DNA of 49,840 bases from Tubiluchus corallicola. Lineage: Eukaryota; Animalia; Priapulida. The DNA lies in contig JAQGDQ010001279.1 in NCBI GenBank assembly GCA_030141605.1, positions 1 to 49,840 on the forward strand, written 5' to 3'. Every line of letters begins with the position of its first letter. Positions within the stretch are counted from its first letter, which is position 1. Both the position numbers and the translations under genes were made by a program. Positions 1-13,537 of the stretch are shown piece by piece. The notes below the pieces were generated by a model. That model had not been told where the DNA came from, did no database searches, and worked only from the letters and a program-made list of their open reading frames with translations.

Positions 1-554
<554 letters not shown>

Positions 555-638
555 AGAGTTACAGTTCATTGACAAAGTTTATGAACGTCACCGAGTGAAG
601 CTTGGAAAATTACAATTTGACTTTATATTTTCTTACAG

Positions 639-789
639 GCCTTCTGGTCTTAATTACGTCAGCACAAACAGTTTTGGTGGTCATGGCAACGGATACAGGG
701 GAAAACGTTCAGCAAACAGCAACAACAAGCACAGTGCTGCCATGTACACACCATATATACTGTACTGCGCCACTACCCCGGCTCCGTGA
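639..789 (+). CDS. Possible terminal coding exon of an upstream gene (PSGLNYVSTNSFGGHGNGYRGKRSANS...stop)
   Basis: Strong acceptor-like sequence (ctttatattttcttacAG ending 638), open frame to TGA 787-789, AATAAA at 1001. No recognisable homology. Confidence 0.25.
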
Positions 790-1483
790 GGAAAATCAAG
801 AAACTTATTATTGTTTCATAACGTGATTATGTGTTATTGTGTGAATAATGTTACATGTAAGTTAGTTGTTCACTGTACAACTTGTGTAAGCAACAAAAAA
901 CTGTTTAAAGAAAGACAGGACAATTTTTCGCATACTACCCCATATTCAACTCCGATAAAAGTATACATTTTAACACAATTAATGCTGCAACAGCATTTCT
1001 AATAAATAAATTTACTGCTTATAAACTTAATTAATACAGGCGAGCTCAACTATTGATGACATCACAAACTAACATAATTTTCAACAGCGAAAAATATTCC
1101 ACGAGCGTGTTGCACGTGTTTGCGAAAGCGAAAGTAAAGTACAGTGCTACTGTAAGTGCTTTGTACTAACCATAAATTTTACTATAAGCATAACTGTTAA
1201 AAGTGTTACTATAACAACAGCAAGGGCTGCGAGGCAAATGCGTTGTCTGGTATACTTAACCTTTGACCTTTTTACGAGCATTATCAATCACCGAAACTGT
1301 GAAAAGGCTTATTGTAAGCAAACAAAAGAATGAACAGTAATTGGAACTACTTATTATTTAAATATTTTGTGCTTAAAGCACAAGAAATTTTAGTTACTAC
1401 AAAATGTACCACTTCCACCGGTATTTATGCTTAAAACAGGGACACTTCAAGATCTTGCATGAAGCAGGGCTTAATCAATTCAG

Positions 1484-1521
1484 CACTCACACGCACACGC
1501 ACACGCACACGCACACGCGCA

Positions 1522-1555
<34 letters not shown>
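1484..1555. repeat. (CACACG)n/(CA)n microsatellite
   Basis: Directly visible. Confidence 0.9.
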
Positions 1556-1557
<2 letters not shown>

Positions 1558-2308
1558 CGCGACCCTAGATAATCAGTTGATACGAAGGGACATATATATA
1601 TCTATAATTTTTCTCGTCGTCTCGTGCAGAGGATGAAATTGATGGTTAGGATTGAACAAAGAATCCAAAGTGGGCCAATCCGAAAAGACCATTATTTGAA
1701 TGAATGCAATGTTTAGAAGACTATTCTACCAATACTCTAAAACACGGTTAGCGACCGGCAGAAAACACAACTAAATACAAAGAATGAAACATTTACCAAT
1801 TGCAAATAATAAAAAGCAGTTCATACTTACCACTACATTGGCTTGCTGTGGTTGCTGCGTAAATTGGACTTCGGAAATTACAAAAAAAGATTAAAACTTT
1901 CGTGAGAGCAAAGCAGAAAAACAATGTCAGAACTTTAGGAACGTTTTGCGCGTACATCAAGTGCTCACTTAAAGACGCTAATCTATCCGGTTATGATTCG
2001 AATCCGGAAGACAATGTTAGGAAATCTTCGATGAAATCCGGTATTCGCTATCCGTCAATCCGGAGCAAGACTAGCATTAAACACGACCCAACGAAAAAGG
2101 TGGAAAAACGAAAGTTAACAATCACACGGGCAGTAAAAAGATAATGAAAACCAGTCTTAGCAGCAATCAATCAATCAATTTATCAGCAATCAATCAATCA
2201 AATATTAACATTTATCAACAAAAAAATTAATAATGACCACGCCATATTCTGATAATCTTAATGGTGCCGATTTACAAGAACAAACAATTCGAAAAGCCTA
2301 GTGTGTGC

Positions 2309-2640
2309 CAGGGGTGAGCATCGAATATTCAAGTTCTATTCAAATCTAAAATTATAGATTCGAATAATACAGCACTTCAGCCACAAACGTTCTTTATCAT
2401 GAAAACGCGTCAAACCTCGTGCAATCAGTATAATTTCTTGTGACTTTGTGCAAAATTTTTAAACAAATTATTAATGTTTTCACTGCAGAACAAAATGGAG
2501 AAATCTGCATGTTCTTTCTCAGACAGCTTTTTATTAGTGATTGGAAAATTCATATGAAACCTTTAAAACTGAAATTCTATTCGGATTCGAAGATGTTTGA
2601 AATTCGGTCTGAAGCGGGTTCGAAAGTCACATTCGATAAG
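2309..2640. mobile_element. Decayed hAT-like MITE remnant
   Basis: Starts CAGGGGTGAGCATCGAATATTC and has clustered TTCGAA/ATTCG motifs at both ends, as in non-autonomous hAT subterminal regions. No clean TIR or TSD. Confidence 0.3.
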
Positions 2641-2674
2641 AATTTGCCTTCTGGTAAAGAATGTCATGGCCACC

Positions 2675-3480
2675 GCTGCAGATATTTCCATCGGGTACCC
2701 GGGTAATGAGCAATTACCCTCATTACTTGCTACCTGAGCCTAATATTTCTACCTAGTTCCAACAATGAAAATGCAGACTTTATCTGTAATACGGTATCCA
2801 TTGTTAGAAAATTTAAATGCCCCCTTCTGCTGTGCACTTCTACAGCAGATACCTGCCAGCAGACTAGAGTATTAACTGCTGCCTTGGCAATGCACTTCTA
2901 CAGCGGATACCTGCCACCAGACTATTGAGTATTAACTGCTGCCTTGGCAATGCACTTCTACAGCGGATACCTGCCAGCAGACTATTGAGTATTAACTGCT
3001 GCCTTGGCAATGCACTTCTACAGCAGATACCTGCCAGCAGACTAGAGTATTAACTGCTGCCTTAGCAATGCACTTCTACAGCAGATACCTGCCAGCAGAG
3101 TATTGAGTATTAACTGCTGCTTTGGCAATGCACTTCTACAGTGGATACCTGCCACCAGACTATTGAGTATTAACTGCTGCCTTGGCAATGCACTTCTACA
3201 GCAGATACCTGCCAGCAGAGTATTGAGTATTAACTGCTGCTTTGGCAATGCACTTCTACAGCGGATACCTGCCAGCAGACTATTGAGTATTAACTGCTGC
3301 CTTGGCAATGCACTTCTACAGCGGATACCTGCCAGCAGACTATTGAGTATTTCATTTGAGAACATAAGTCATTACAACTTCTTCACAGCCACTGAATCTT
3401 AACAATCAGGCACCTAGGTACCGGGCGGGTATAAGGAATAGGGTTAGGAGTCTGATTTTTGCTACCCGTGTAAAAACTAC
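2675..3480. mobile_element. Possible hAT-like MITE (TACCCG/CGGGTA motifs) enclosing the 60-bp minisatellite
   Basis: CGGGTACCCGGGTAA at about 2692 and GGGCGGGTA...GCTACCCGTG at about 3422-3470 flank the array. Confidence 0.3.
2826..3350. repeat. 58-60 bp minisatellite, about 9 copies
   Basis: Unit GCACTTCTACAGCRGATACCTGCCAGCAGACTATTGAGTATTAACTGCTGCCTTGGCAAT in tandem with no spacers. Explains ORFs 3042-3365 and 3103-3402. Confidence 0.95.
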
Positions 3481-3761
3481 TTGCAGATAGTTATCTAATA
3501 AGAAATGTACTCACTGTGACCATAACCAACTTCATTATTAACCTCCATGCCGAACAATTAGAAGTTATTCAAACTTCACTATCGAAGGTAGCGTTCCCGT
3601 TCAGGAAACAAGATGAAATTGCGAAGATCACAGGTGCAGAAAGATCATACATATATGCGACGGCCGCCTACGTAAGACAACCAAGATAAGATTAACCATC
3701 ACGCGTATAACAAGCAGCCGAATTACACACTAACTTTAAAATAGGACTAAAAACGAACAGG

Positions 3762-3945
3762 GGTGTTTGCCGAAGTACCGAAATACAAATCGAATAATCA
3801 ATAATGTATCACTGCAGTTGCAGATCGGTTGGAGACAGTGGCGTGGCTAATCCGGTGTTTGCCGAAGTATCGAAATACAAATAGAATAATCAATAATGTA
3901 TCACTGCAGTTGCAGATCGGTTGGAGACAGTGGCGTGGCTAATCT
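3762..3945. repeat. 92-bp tandem duplication (2 copies)
   Basis: GGTGTTTGCCGAAGTA...GGCGTGGCTAATC starts at 3762 and again at 3854. Confidence 0.9.
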
Positions 3946-4164
3946 GGAAGCAAGGGGGTGACTGCTCAACGAGCACATCATTCAAAATTGACGTCTTTTC
4001 AACAAGTTTTTTAGCTCTTTAGTTCACATGTGCGATAAACGTCTGTTTCGGTACCTTTGCAATTTATTATAACAGTGTTATATCATGTCTGTTATTAAGA
4101 CTGTTAAATTAAATTGAAACTAATTATTTTATATATATATATGCCAGCAGAATTAATATATAGA

Positions 4165-4165
4165 T

Positions 4166-4246
<81 letters not shown>

Positions 4247-4271
4247 AATAATAATAATAATAATAATAATG

Positions 4272-4319
<48 letters not shown>

Positions 4320-4370
4320 TTAATGATAATAACAACAACAACAACAACAGCAACAATAACGACAAAAACA
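4165..4370. repeat. (AAC)n/(AAT)n compound microsatellite
   Basis: Directly visible. Confidence 0.95.
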
Positions 4371-4522
4371 ATCCTTACTTAAGGTTGGCTTAAAATTCAA
4401 CAGACAACGCAAGACGCCATGAAACTTTTGTCGCCGATTATAAATAACAAACTACACCTACATAACAGAGATTATTATTATTCCACTTTTATCGCTCTTC
4501 CCCCCCCCCCCCAAATACAGAT

Positions 4523-4635
4523 ACAGGGCAACAGCAGGTACCATTTTTTGGTGTTGCCCGACCACAATATTGAATTCAAGATCTCCCTTACTGTGAAAGC
4601 GGATGCGTTACCACTAGACTAGACTGTCTCTGGTC
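4523..4635 (-). mobile_element. tRNA-derived SINE 5' fragment
   Basis: Reverse complement gives GTCTAGTGGTAACGCATCCGC (A-box-like), TGAATTCAAT (degenerate B box), then GGTCGGGCAACACCAAAAAATGGTACCTGCTG, a layout typical of invertebrate SINE heads. Confidence 0.5.
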
Positions 4636-5795
4636 TCACAGTAACAGATTTCCGAAGTATACTGATTAATGTCAATGGACACTTAAGCTTCGATACATCA
4701 ATAAGGATTGCTGATGTGAAATTTTACTTTAGAGTTCTGCCTGGCCAGTAGACGTAATTAATGAGCATATGATGGTAATGATGATGATGATTATGATGAT
4801 GACGGTGATGACGATGATGATCTGAAATGATTGTGTAGATTTAATTCTTTAGAGCATGAATCAAAACTGCACACCATTTTGATGGGTTTGAACAAAAAAT
4901 TGCTTGCCAGCTTTCATAAATTTCACCATTTTGAGGGAAAGCAAAAAGGCACACGAATAAAAAATAAATAATTTTGCGTTATTCTGAGTCAACCTACATT
5001 TTTTATGATTTGTCTTCAACATTCTCATTGCTCCTATAAGCACATATACTTAATGTCAGCATTATAAATAATATACTTATTATGTCTTTATGTGCTTGTT
5101 ATTAATGTTAAAATTCAAACCTACATTTCACAAGTTCAATCTTAGTACACTAACCATTCCTTTATTTACTTAAGCAACTTAGTAATGCTTCGTATGTAAA
5201 ATTTTATCACACCATTTCTGAAAATTTGAAACTTGATAATTGTCCACGTAATTAATTAATAATAGCAACATTGCTTACGGGGTGGTTGACCTTGATAACT
5301 TTTAGTTCTTCGCCAGCTTTTTACTAATCAGTTTAAAATCATATCTCAGATAAAAAAATTATCATAATAATTTTATTACGTTGCATCATATTATCGTTTT
5401 ATGTGCTGTGTTTTTCGTCCCTTAAAAGGTGATAAATAAAGATACTTATACCGCCAACGACATGGTTAGTACTCGAATTTTAAACTGTTTATTTATCGCT
5501 CGAATGAGTAGAGTTTATGCACATTTAAATTTCCAATCTTTGTTCGATGAAAGATTATTTAAAATAGCCTTTTTTGAAATTGGATTGCTAATGGTGCGTT
5601 CACACGTTGCAACTTTACTCCAAGAGTAAAGTTAGGGAGAGAAGTCTTTACGTCTGAACGCGTCATGAGAAATGTGATTATTACCGGAGGTATTTACACA
5701 CTGGCTTAAACAAATAAACTAATATAGGCTTGATTTTATATATAACTGGCTTTCGTATATAAGACCTATAATTAGTTAGTATTATAATGATGATG

Positions 5796-5796
<1 letters not shown>

Positions 5797-5890
<94 letters not shown>
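5797..5890. repeat. (ATT)n microsatellite
   Basis: Directly visible. Confidence 0.95.
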
Positions 5891-6003
5891 GTAGTACGTA
5901 CGCTATATACCAAGGGTGTGCAAATTATCTGACTAGCCGGGCCACATTAATATTTCCTGCGGGCCACAGGCAGTTTGATCAAGGAGCCAAGTACAATGAC
6001 CAG

Positions 6004-6666
6004 TTGCTTGATATGATTGAAAAATCAGAATTAGATGACGTCAAAATTTGTGATTTAGTTAGCCATTTCACAGATGAGAACTTAATGGCTAGAGATGGCT
6101 TGCATTTTAGTAGGCTGGGGGTCAGCAAGTTAACAGAACGTATGAAATTGTGTATAAATGACAAAGATCGTTGGTCCAGAGCGAAAAAAAGCAACAGCTA
6201 TCACCTATCTAGAGTACCTTCTGTGGAAAACAGTAATTTTAGGCCGTCAACTTATGCTAATGCAGTAAATGGGCCTTATCCTATAAACGTGTCGAAGCCT
6301 GGCCTACTGCCGACCCCGTTTACAACAGATAATAGGTCATTAACTACTAGGCCCACAAGCATTACAGCACCTGCAATTAGTACAAACCACTCCAATGAGA
6401 AACCAGAACTTGTGAATAGGCCTAGCTCGTTTGTATTGAGCACCTCTTATTGTGCAGACAATAACAAGGACTCTACTAACGCCGGTCAAATAATGCACGA
6501 AGATACTAGGTCTTCACATACAGATAATGAAAACACGGGATACACGAGAAACGCAAAAAACCAACACGATTTTGCAAACACAGAACCCTACATACAAAAC
6601 AATCAGATTAAAAAGCAAGGTAAACTGAAAAACGCCTTTAAAACACTGGTTGAAACACCTTGTTAA
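6004..6666 (+). pseudogene. Fragment of a retroelement ORF1-like protein: SGNH/GDSL esterase C-terminal block plus low-complexity tail
   Basis: ENLMARDGLHFSRLGVSKL matches SGNH block V (DxxH), found in esterase-type ORF1 of non-LTR retrotransposons. The N-terminal blocks are absent. Confidence 0.4.
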
Positions 6667-7988
6667 TGACGTACGAGATATTGTACAAAATGTAACAGAG
6701 TTGGGCCTTTAGCATTTCAATTAAGCTGAATCCATCAAATAATGGTAAAGCCTACTTAATTTAGATTGTTATGGCAGGACTGGAACCAGTCTGACATAAA
6801 CTTCTAAGAGGAAACTTTGAAGCGACAAGTGCCAGCGAGAAGCGACTGAAGCGGCTTAATCGTAGATCAATGATTGTTCAATTTTATTGGAATCTTGACT
6901 TTACGTTCAGAAGCAGAACATTAGGTAGCCTACATGACTTGCGTCTTCATTAATTCATTTAAATTATTTCAGTTTACACGGCGCGCATGCGTGAAGTGAA
7001 ACAGCTTCCAGTGACTGTGATTGTGAAATGCACTGTGAATCTGTGATTGTGAACCTAAATGCAATCGTTTACCATAATAACAAAAGTTGTCGCAAATGCG
7101 AGCCGTGTAATTTAATTTACAGTTTATTAATAATTTTGATTTGTAGATTTAAATTTTTTGTTTTTCACTACCACTAAGTCAGTGCTGACATCTGTTTGTA
7201 CACTTGGAAGTTTCCAATATATGTATGTACTTGCTACTACTATATGTTTGTATGGAACTGGGTTACTTGGCTTCTCTGTGAATGTAGTAGTTTTTCACAC
7301 TTGGTAGCAAGATTAGAGGACAAGCAATAGGCTTAAGCAGTTGTGTGGTTATAATAACGTTTTGACTCAGGTGCCATGATATATTGGGTGAAGTATTTAC
7401 TTTAACATTTGTTTATTAATGTTTATTTTCGTGTATATGTGGATTGACAATGAGACTATGATTTTGAATACATTACAGTTCGCAAAGTTAAACCATGTTT
7501 TCATTCAGTGATTTCATCTGTTTCACACGAACATCGCAACGACAAAAACAGTCTGATAAACCTGTCAATGTCGGTTGTTAGCTGTCCCCAAAACACCCCA
7601 GTGACAACTTTAGCACCACGACAAAAGCCTGTAAAGGGAGTTTGTTTATTTATTTGCTTGTTGTTTATTTTTTATGCTTGTTTACGGTTATGATAATATT
7701 CTTCAACGAGCCGACGCTTACGTTAATTATGTAAAGTTGCATTAGCAGGTCATGTGACTGATGATGCAACTAATGTTCAACACATGCACTGATAAAGGCT
7801 TTTTGTGTCGATTCGGATTATGTCAAGTATTTTAAAGCAATGACAGTGTGGTTCTCCAGGTTCCAAAAATATGTTTTAGTCAGAACAAGTAAGGTAACAC
7901 CACTGACAACAACATTACAGACTATTACATGCTGTCAGGGCTAATCTTACTAAAAAATTGTGCAATTTTACCTCACTGTACAATTTTA

Positions 7989-8835
<847 letters not shown>

Positions 8836-8885
8836 TGGTGCCGTCGTCGGAGCTGTAGCGTACCAGCGAAATTAATATATAGCGA

Positions 8886-9690
8886 TGTGCATAAAGGTTT
8901 TGCATTCCAGGATTTTATTGCTATCGCAATTTTTCTCTTGCGGCTAATTAACAAAACGCATCAAGTACCTTTGTACGTCTTAACAACAAACTTAATTTGC
9001 CAAGGGCAGTAAAGGCGAAAACCTACCAGGTGGTGCCATCTACAGGCTGCAAGACAAACGATTTTAGAAGCATACCATCGATTGCGCCCAGATGCTTGTA
9101 AACTATCATAGACATAATTATAATTGTTCTAACATAGTGAGTGTAGTGATCTATATAATAATTATGGGATATTCAAGCTGATATTGGATGAATGTATTGA
9201 AGATCGAGTTACACAATAAAAAATTTACTAACAGACGCCTGCATAATACAACTACAGTACGGTCACAAACTGTTATCCAATGAGAGCAATTCATGAACGT
9301 GTACTTTAACGTCCGTGCAAATAAAGGTTAAATGTCCGTAGTAAAGTATGTTAAACTGTCTTCTTTTTCTGATTGTTTGTTTTTTTGATGTTAGTTACGT
9401 TATTTTTTATTGTTATGCATTTCGAATCAGTTCTGAAGACGATAACAAATGGAACGTTTATAATTCTCATGAGAATTTTTATATTTCTGATTTTTCTGCT
9501 CACAATTATTAGTTCATAATGGCATAAACAACAGTCTTGCTGCGGAGGTACTACGTAAACTAGTAAGACACAAGACCCTCCTCACCTAGGGTTGCCTCCC
9601 ACTCTTGATTTGACACGGAGTCTCCTGAGATTCAGCAATAGATCGGTAGTTTAGTCGGATTTTTTTTTTAATTCTGAAATCTCCTGATTC
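8886..9690 (+). repeat. About 0.8-kb segment repeated in direct orientation at about 29320-30365
   Basis: Long near-identical runs, e.g. CCAGGTGGTGCCATCTACAGGCTGCAAGACAAACGATTTTAGAAGCATACCATCGATTG, occur at both sites. The second copy has about 250 extra bp. Confidence 0.9.
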
Positions 9691-10595
9691 CGACCATTGC
9701 ATTGAAATTTGAGAAATTTTTTTAGCGAGTTTAAAAGTTAACAATTGTTCCTTATATTTGAACAATTAGCTTAGAAAGTTAATTAACGGCAACCGAACAC
9801 AGATATTGCTTACGTCAGAAACTAACCAGAGTTTGCGCAATAACACGCATTTTCCCTTGCGCGTCAAGCAACGTTTGCGTAAGTTTTACAAGAACTGTTT
9901 ACATTGATGTCACGAAAAACGTCAGAAACTAACACAGCAGTTCATGATCATGGTTATCACGGTTCCGAATTGTATTTATCGGCATACTTTATCCTGAAAT
10001 AACGTTTACACAATCGTCCGGTTTTCTTCTAAGCTAATAGCAATGGCATCAATGTTAAAATAACAGTAAACGTATTAAATTAAGTTTAATTATGTTGTAA
10101 AAAGCTTCATCTTATGACTATGTCTAGTTTGTTCACAAATATTTACTGCATCAGCAAGTGCAAAGCAGGTAATCTTCGGCCATTTTCCCTTTGCCAATTT
10201 CGTCTTAATAACAGAAACAAAATGGAAGAAAAAATTTATCTAAAATTCATTTAACAAAAAGTTCTTAATAATTTGGTTGCTAAAAAGTATCTCGATAAAT
10301 CTCAAAATGTCAGAAATGTGTATTGGGACTTGGAATTAACTCCAGAGACGGACGTTACTGTTTGCACTTTTGTAAGTTTTAGACTTTTAAAGCTTTTTTA
10401 GCATCTAAAATCAAGAAATTTGTAGTTCTTTGTGATTTAATTTCTTAATTTTTTGTTTCTGAAAAAAAGCCCTTATAATACAGGAAATGCACTAGTTTGC
10501 AGCACTACCTCCAGTCCCTCTAGCTGATTCATGACTTCTGATTTTGATTTGTGAGAAGGTGGCGACCCCAACATCACGAGAAGGTGGCGACCCTA
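9587..10595. mobile_element. hAT-type MITE-like element
   Basis: Left end TAGGGTTGCC (9587) and right end GGCGACCCTA (ends 10595) form hAT-type TIRs. The 8-bp flanks match only partly (TCCTCACC vs CCATCACT). Confidence 0.5.
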
Positions 10596-11171
10596 CCATC
10601 ACTATCGCTGCCACTTTTACTTGTAGTTCTAGATTGTCCTGTATTTCAATGGCGACAGATTTTCTCTAACTTATGAGACTAATTACTGATGCATCTCCTC
10701 CACGTACATTGATCATACATTGTACTAAATCAATGTTCTGTATACTTGTCATAAATTTGCATTGTTAATCATGTGTTCAAAAAGTTCTTCCAAGCTACAC
10801 GGATAATAAACTATTACTACTACTATTGCTGATGCAGAAAAACAGCTTCATTGGCTAATAAACCTTTTGAAACTGCAGTTGATTGTTTGTTTAACAATTT
10901 TATTTGGTTTACATGTTTTATGAATTCCGTATTTAAGTTGATTCATGCAGAGCTGAAATTTAAATGTTTCGTTGCTGTGCACTAATAAAGCAGCACGTTT
11001 ATATCGTGTATTTCTCATTATTAATTTCATCTGTTGAGCTTATATAGAAGTGATTGTACGACAAATTGTTTAAGGAAACTCTGGTATCTTTAATTACTAT
11101 AATATTAATTATCGAGCACGAGATAGTCAATTTGCGAAATTATTAATATATTAAGAAACGAAATATCCACT

Positions 11172-11724
11172 ATGGTCGCCTCATTTGGAAAATATCTACC
11201 GTTTATTATTGTACTGTGTCATTTTGCTCAATTCACAGTAAGCGATCTACTGTGTAATGTAACAGTTAGCACAATTGGAACAATACCCAACTGCTCCCTT
11301 CAGAATCTGGCAAGTGCAGAATCTTCAAATTTGAGATTCAAGGTCGTAAGGGAAGATTTCTACATCGGAGTACATCCCTATCATGGTCACTTATACGTCA
11401 AGGAAAATAGGCACTTGTCCATGCAAAAGAATCTCATTGAATTAAGAGTGAAGATTACGAACTTGATTTCACTGACCGAAGAATATGTCAATGTTGATGT
11501 CAACATTCTAGATGATAATAAACCAAAGTTTAGTTGTTCACCATATCCGTTTCAAGCAGTTCTAAATCCTCAAGCATCTAGTGGTGAACTGGTGTACGAG
11601 TTGTCAACGGTAGATGATGGAGATGGGGACATCGAGTACAATCTAGTGTTGGATTATAACAGTGAAGGTCTGTTTCTGGTTGACCCACATCTGGGATATA
11701 TTCGGACAACACGGGCTGTTGCAG
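11172..11724 (+). CDS. Cadherin copy A, exon 1 (signal peptide plus first EC repeats)
   Basis: ATG with hydrophobic signal MVASFGKYLPFIIVLCHFAQFTVS; EC motifs ILDDNKPKF and FLVDPHLGYIRT; phase-1 donor GCAG|GTAGGC joins in frame to the acceptor at 13538. Confidence 0.85.
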
Positions 11725-12182
11725 GTAGGCACTAAACACTCTAGGTATATGTTTTATCGTATAATAAGCCTTTCCACATTTTTGTTGTGCACATGCGCAA
11801 TTACTGTAGGTCAAAGGTCAAGTGTACCACAGCAACACGTCTTAATTACAAAAGTCACGTAACATACGTGTAAAGCAAGACCCTCCGTCGCATCAGTTCA
11901 GCAACTTCAGTTGTTTTACATGGATTTTACTTAATTATGCAATAGAGTGATTTACTACCAGGATCTTGCTTGGGAACAAGGAAAAATAAACTAGGTAAGA
12001 TTCTAGCTAGCTGTTACTATTACAACAGTTTGAGGTGCCAGGCGTTGCCAAGTGCACACAAATGTCTGGTACACTTCACCTTTGACCTTTTCACGATAAA
12101 TGTCAATCACTGGTACTGTGAAAAGGCTTATTCGATTGTGTTTCTATCGTGTAATGTATTCATGCAATAGCAAACTGAATAT

Positions 12183-12220
<38 letters not shown>

Positions 12221-12437
12221 GCTTATTGGAAGTGGTTCCTATCACATTCTTAAACTTTTGTTTTATCAAATTATGTTACATCAGAGAATGAGGAGGACAA
12301 GAATGAGAGAGACAATAAAAGGGAAGGAATAATAATGAGAATACTGGGGAAAGTTGCAGAAAAAAGAGGATAAAAACGGAAATAAGAGAAAACGAAATGA
12401 ACAACTGTGAAAAGAGGAATAATAGTGTTTAAATAAA

Positions 12438-12560
12438 TGAGAGAAAGAGAGAGAGATAGAGAGAAAGAAAGAGCGAGAGAGTGAAAGAGTGAGAGAGAGA
12501 GAGAGAGAGGGACAAAGATAGAGAGAAAGAAAGAGCGAGAGAGAGAGAGAGAGAGAGAGA
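12438..12560. repeat. (GA)n tract in copy A intron (second tract about 13122-13200; (TA)n about 12186-12218)
   Basis: Directly visible. The counterpart in copy B is the (TC)n tract at 44051-44305. Confidence 0.9.
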
Positions 12561-13130
12561 ACAGCTTTCTAAATTATAAAACAATATGTAAAATTTCTAA
12601 AGGTTTTAACTAATTTTCAAATTTCCTGATGTTTCAGGAATTCTTTTGATGAGTTTTATTTGTTTTTATAAGGTGCTTATAAGCACGAAATAATCAAAAA
12701 GTTCAATGTTAATGTTCCACTCACGTTTTTTTAATGTCAGATCATTTTTGAATATATATTACGGCTGCTATACATTCTGCAATAAATTCTTATCTACGAC
12801 CAATCTAACATGCATGCATATTTCACAGCAGAATTAATTGGGTTTTCTTTTGTCAAAAATCAATTGAGACTGAATTAAATTGAATTCCATGAAGCCTTTT
12901 TGAAGGCTAGTAAGAATATGACATAAATAATTTGCTGTAAGTGATTCATATCTGGGCATATTGCTTTTAAAGATAGTACACGTACTTTTTCAACTGTGCT
13001 GCCAAAAAGTTTATGTTATAGCTGCCTTGTTCAAATCAGAGAATGTTAAACGCCTTTGTGATATGATACACATGTGCGGGTAGGCACACAAGCATGTAAA
13101 AACAAGCCTGTACTTTACACAAGAGAGAGA

Positions 13131-13179
<49 letters not shown>

Positions 13180-13537
13180 AAAGAAAGAGAGGGGGAGTGA
13201 AGGAGTGGACGAGAAACAGAAGAAAGAGTAGTGGTAGGGAAATAAGAAAACATCCTTTATGTGCATATGAAGTGATGGTTCAAGGTTTTAAGCTGTCGTT
13301 GAGGAGTGAATTTTCCGTTTTTCTTTACAAACGCAATAATATGCAACAATATTTCCTTACAAAATGGAGATGTAAACACATCACTGAACATTTGATTGTC
13401 TATTTCTCCTTGAAATCTGTTTTATTTACTTGCTTTATTTTTCTAAAACAAAACTGAAGCAAAAACAGTAAGAATAGCTGAATATGTCCTTTAACTTGAA
13501 TATCTCCCAAGTAAATTAAAATTAAATTAAATTTCAG

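Noticed and set aside
2826-3402. CRISPR array or Cys-rich protein gene
   Set aside because: The entire 60-bp unit repeats with no spacers. There is no credible ATG start or splice support.
11172-11735. Stand-alone 187-aa gene (and its twin at 44901-45464)
   Set aside because: It ends mid-EC-repeat, and a phase-matched GT-AG intron joins it to the large exon in both copies.
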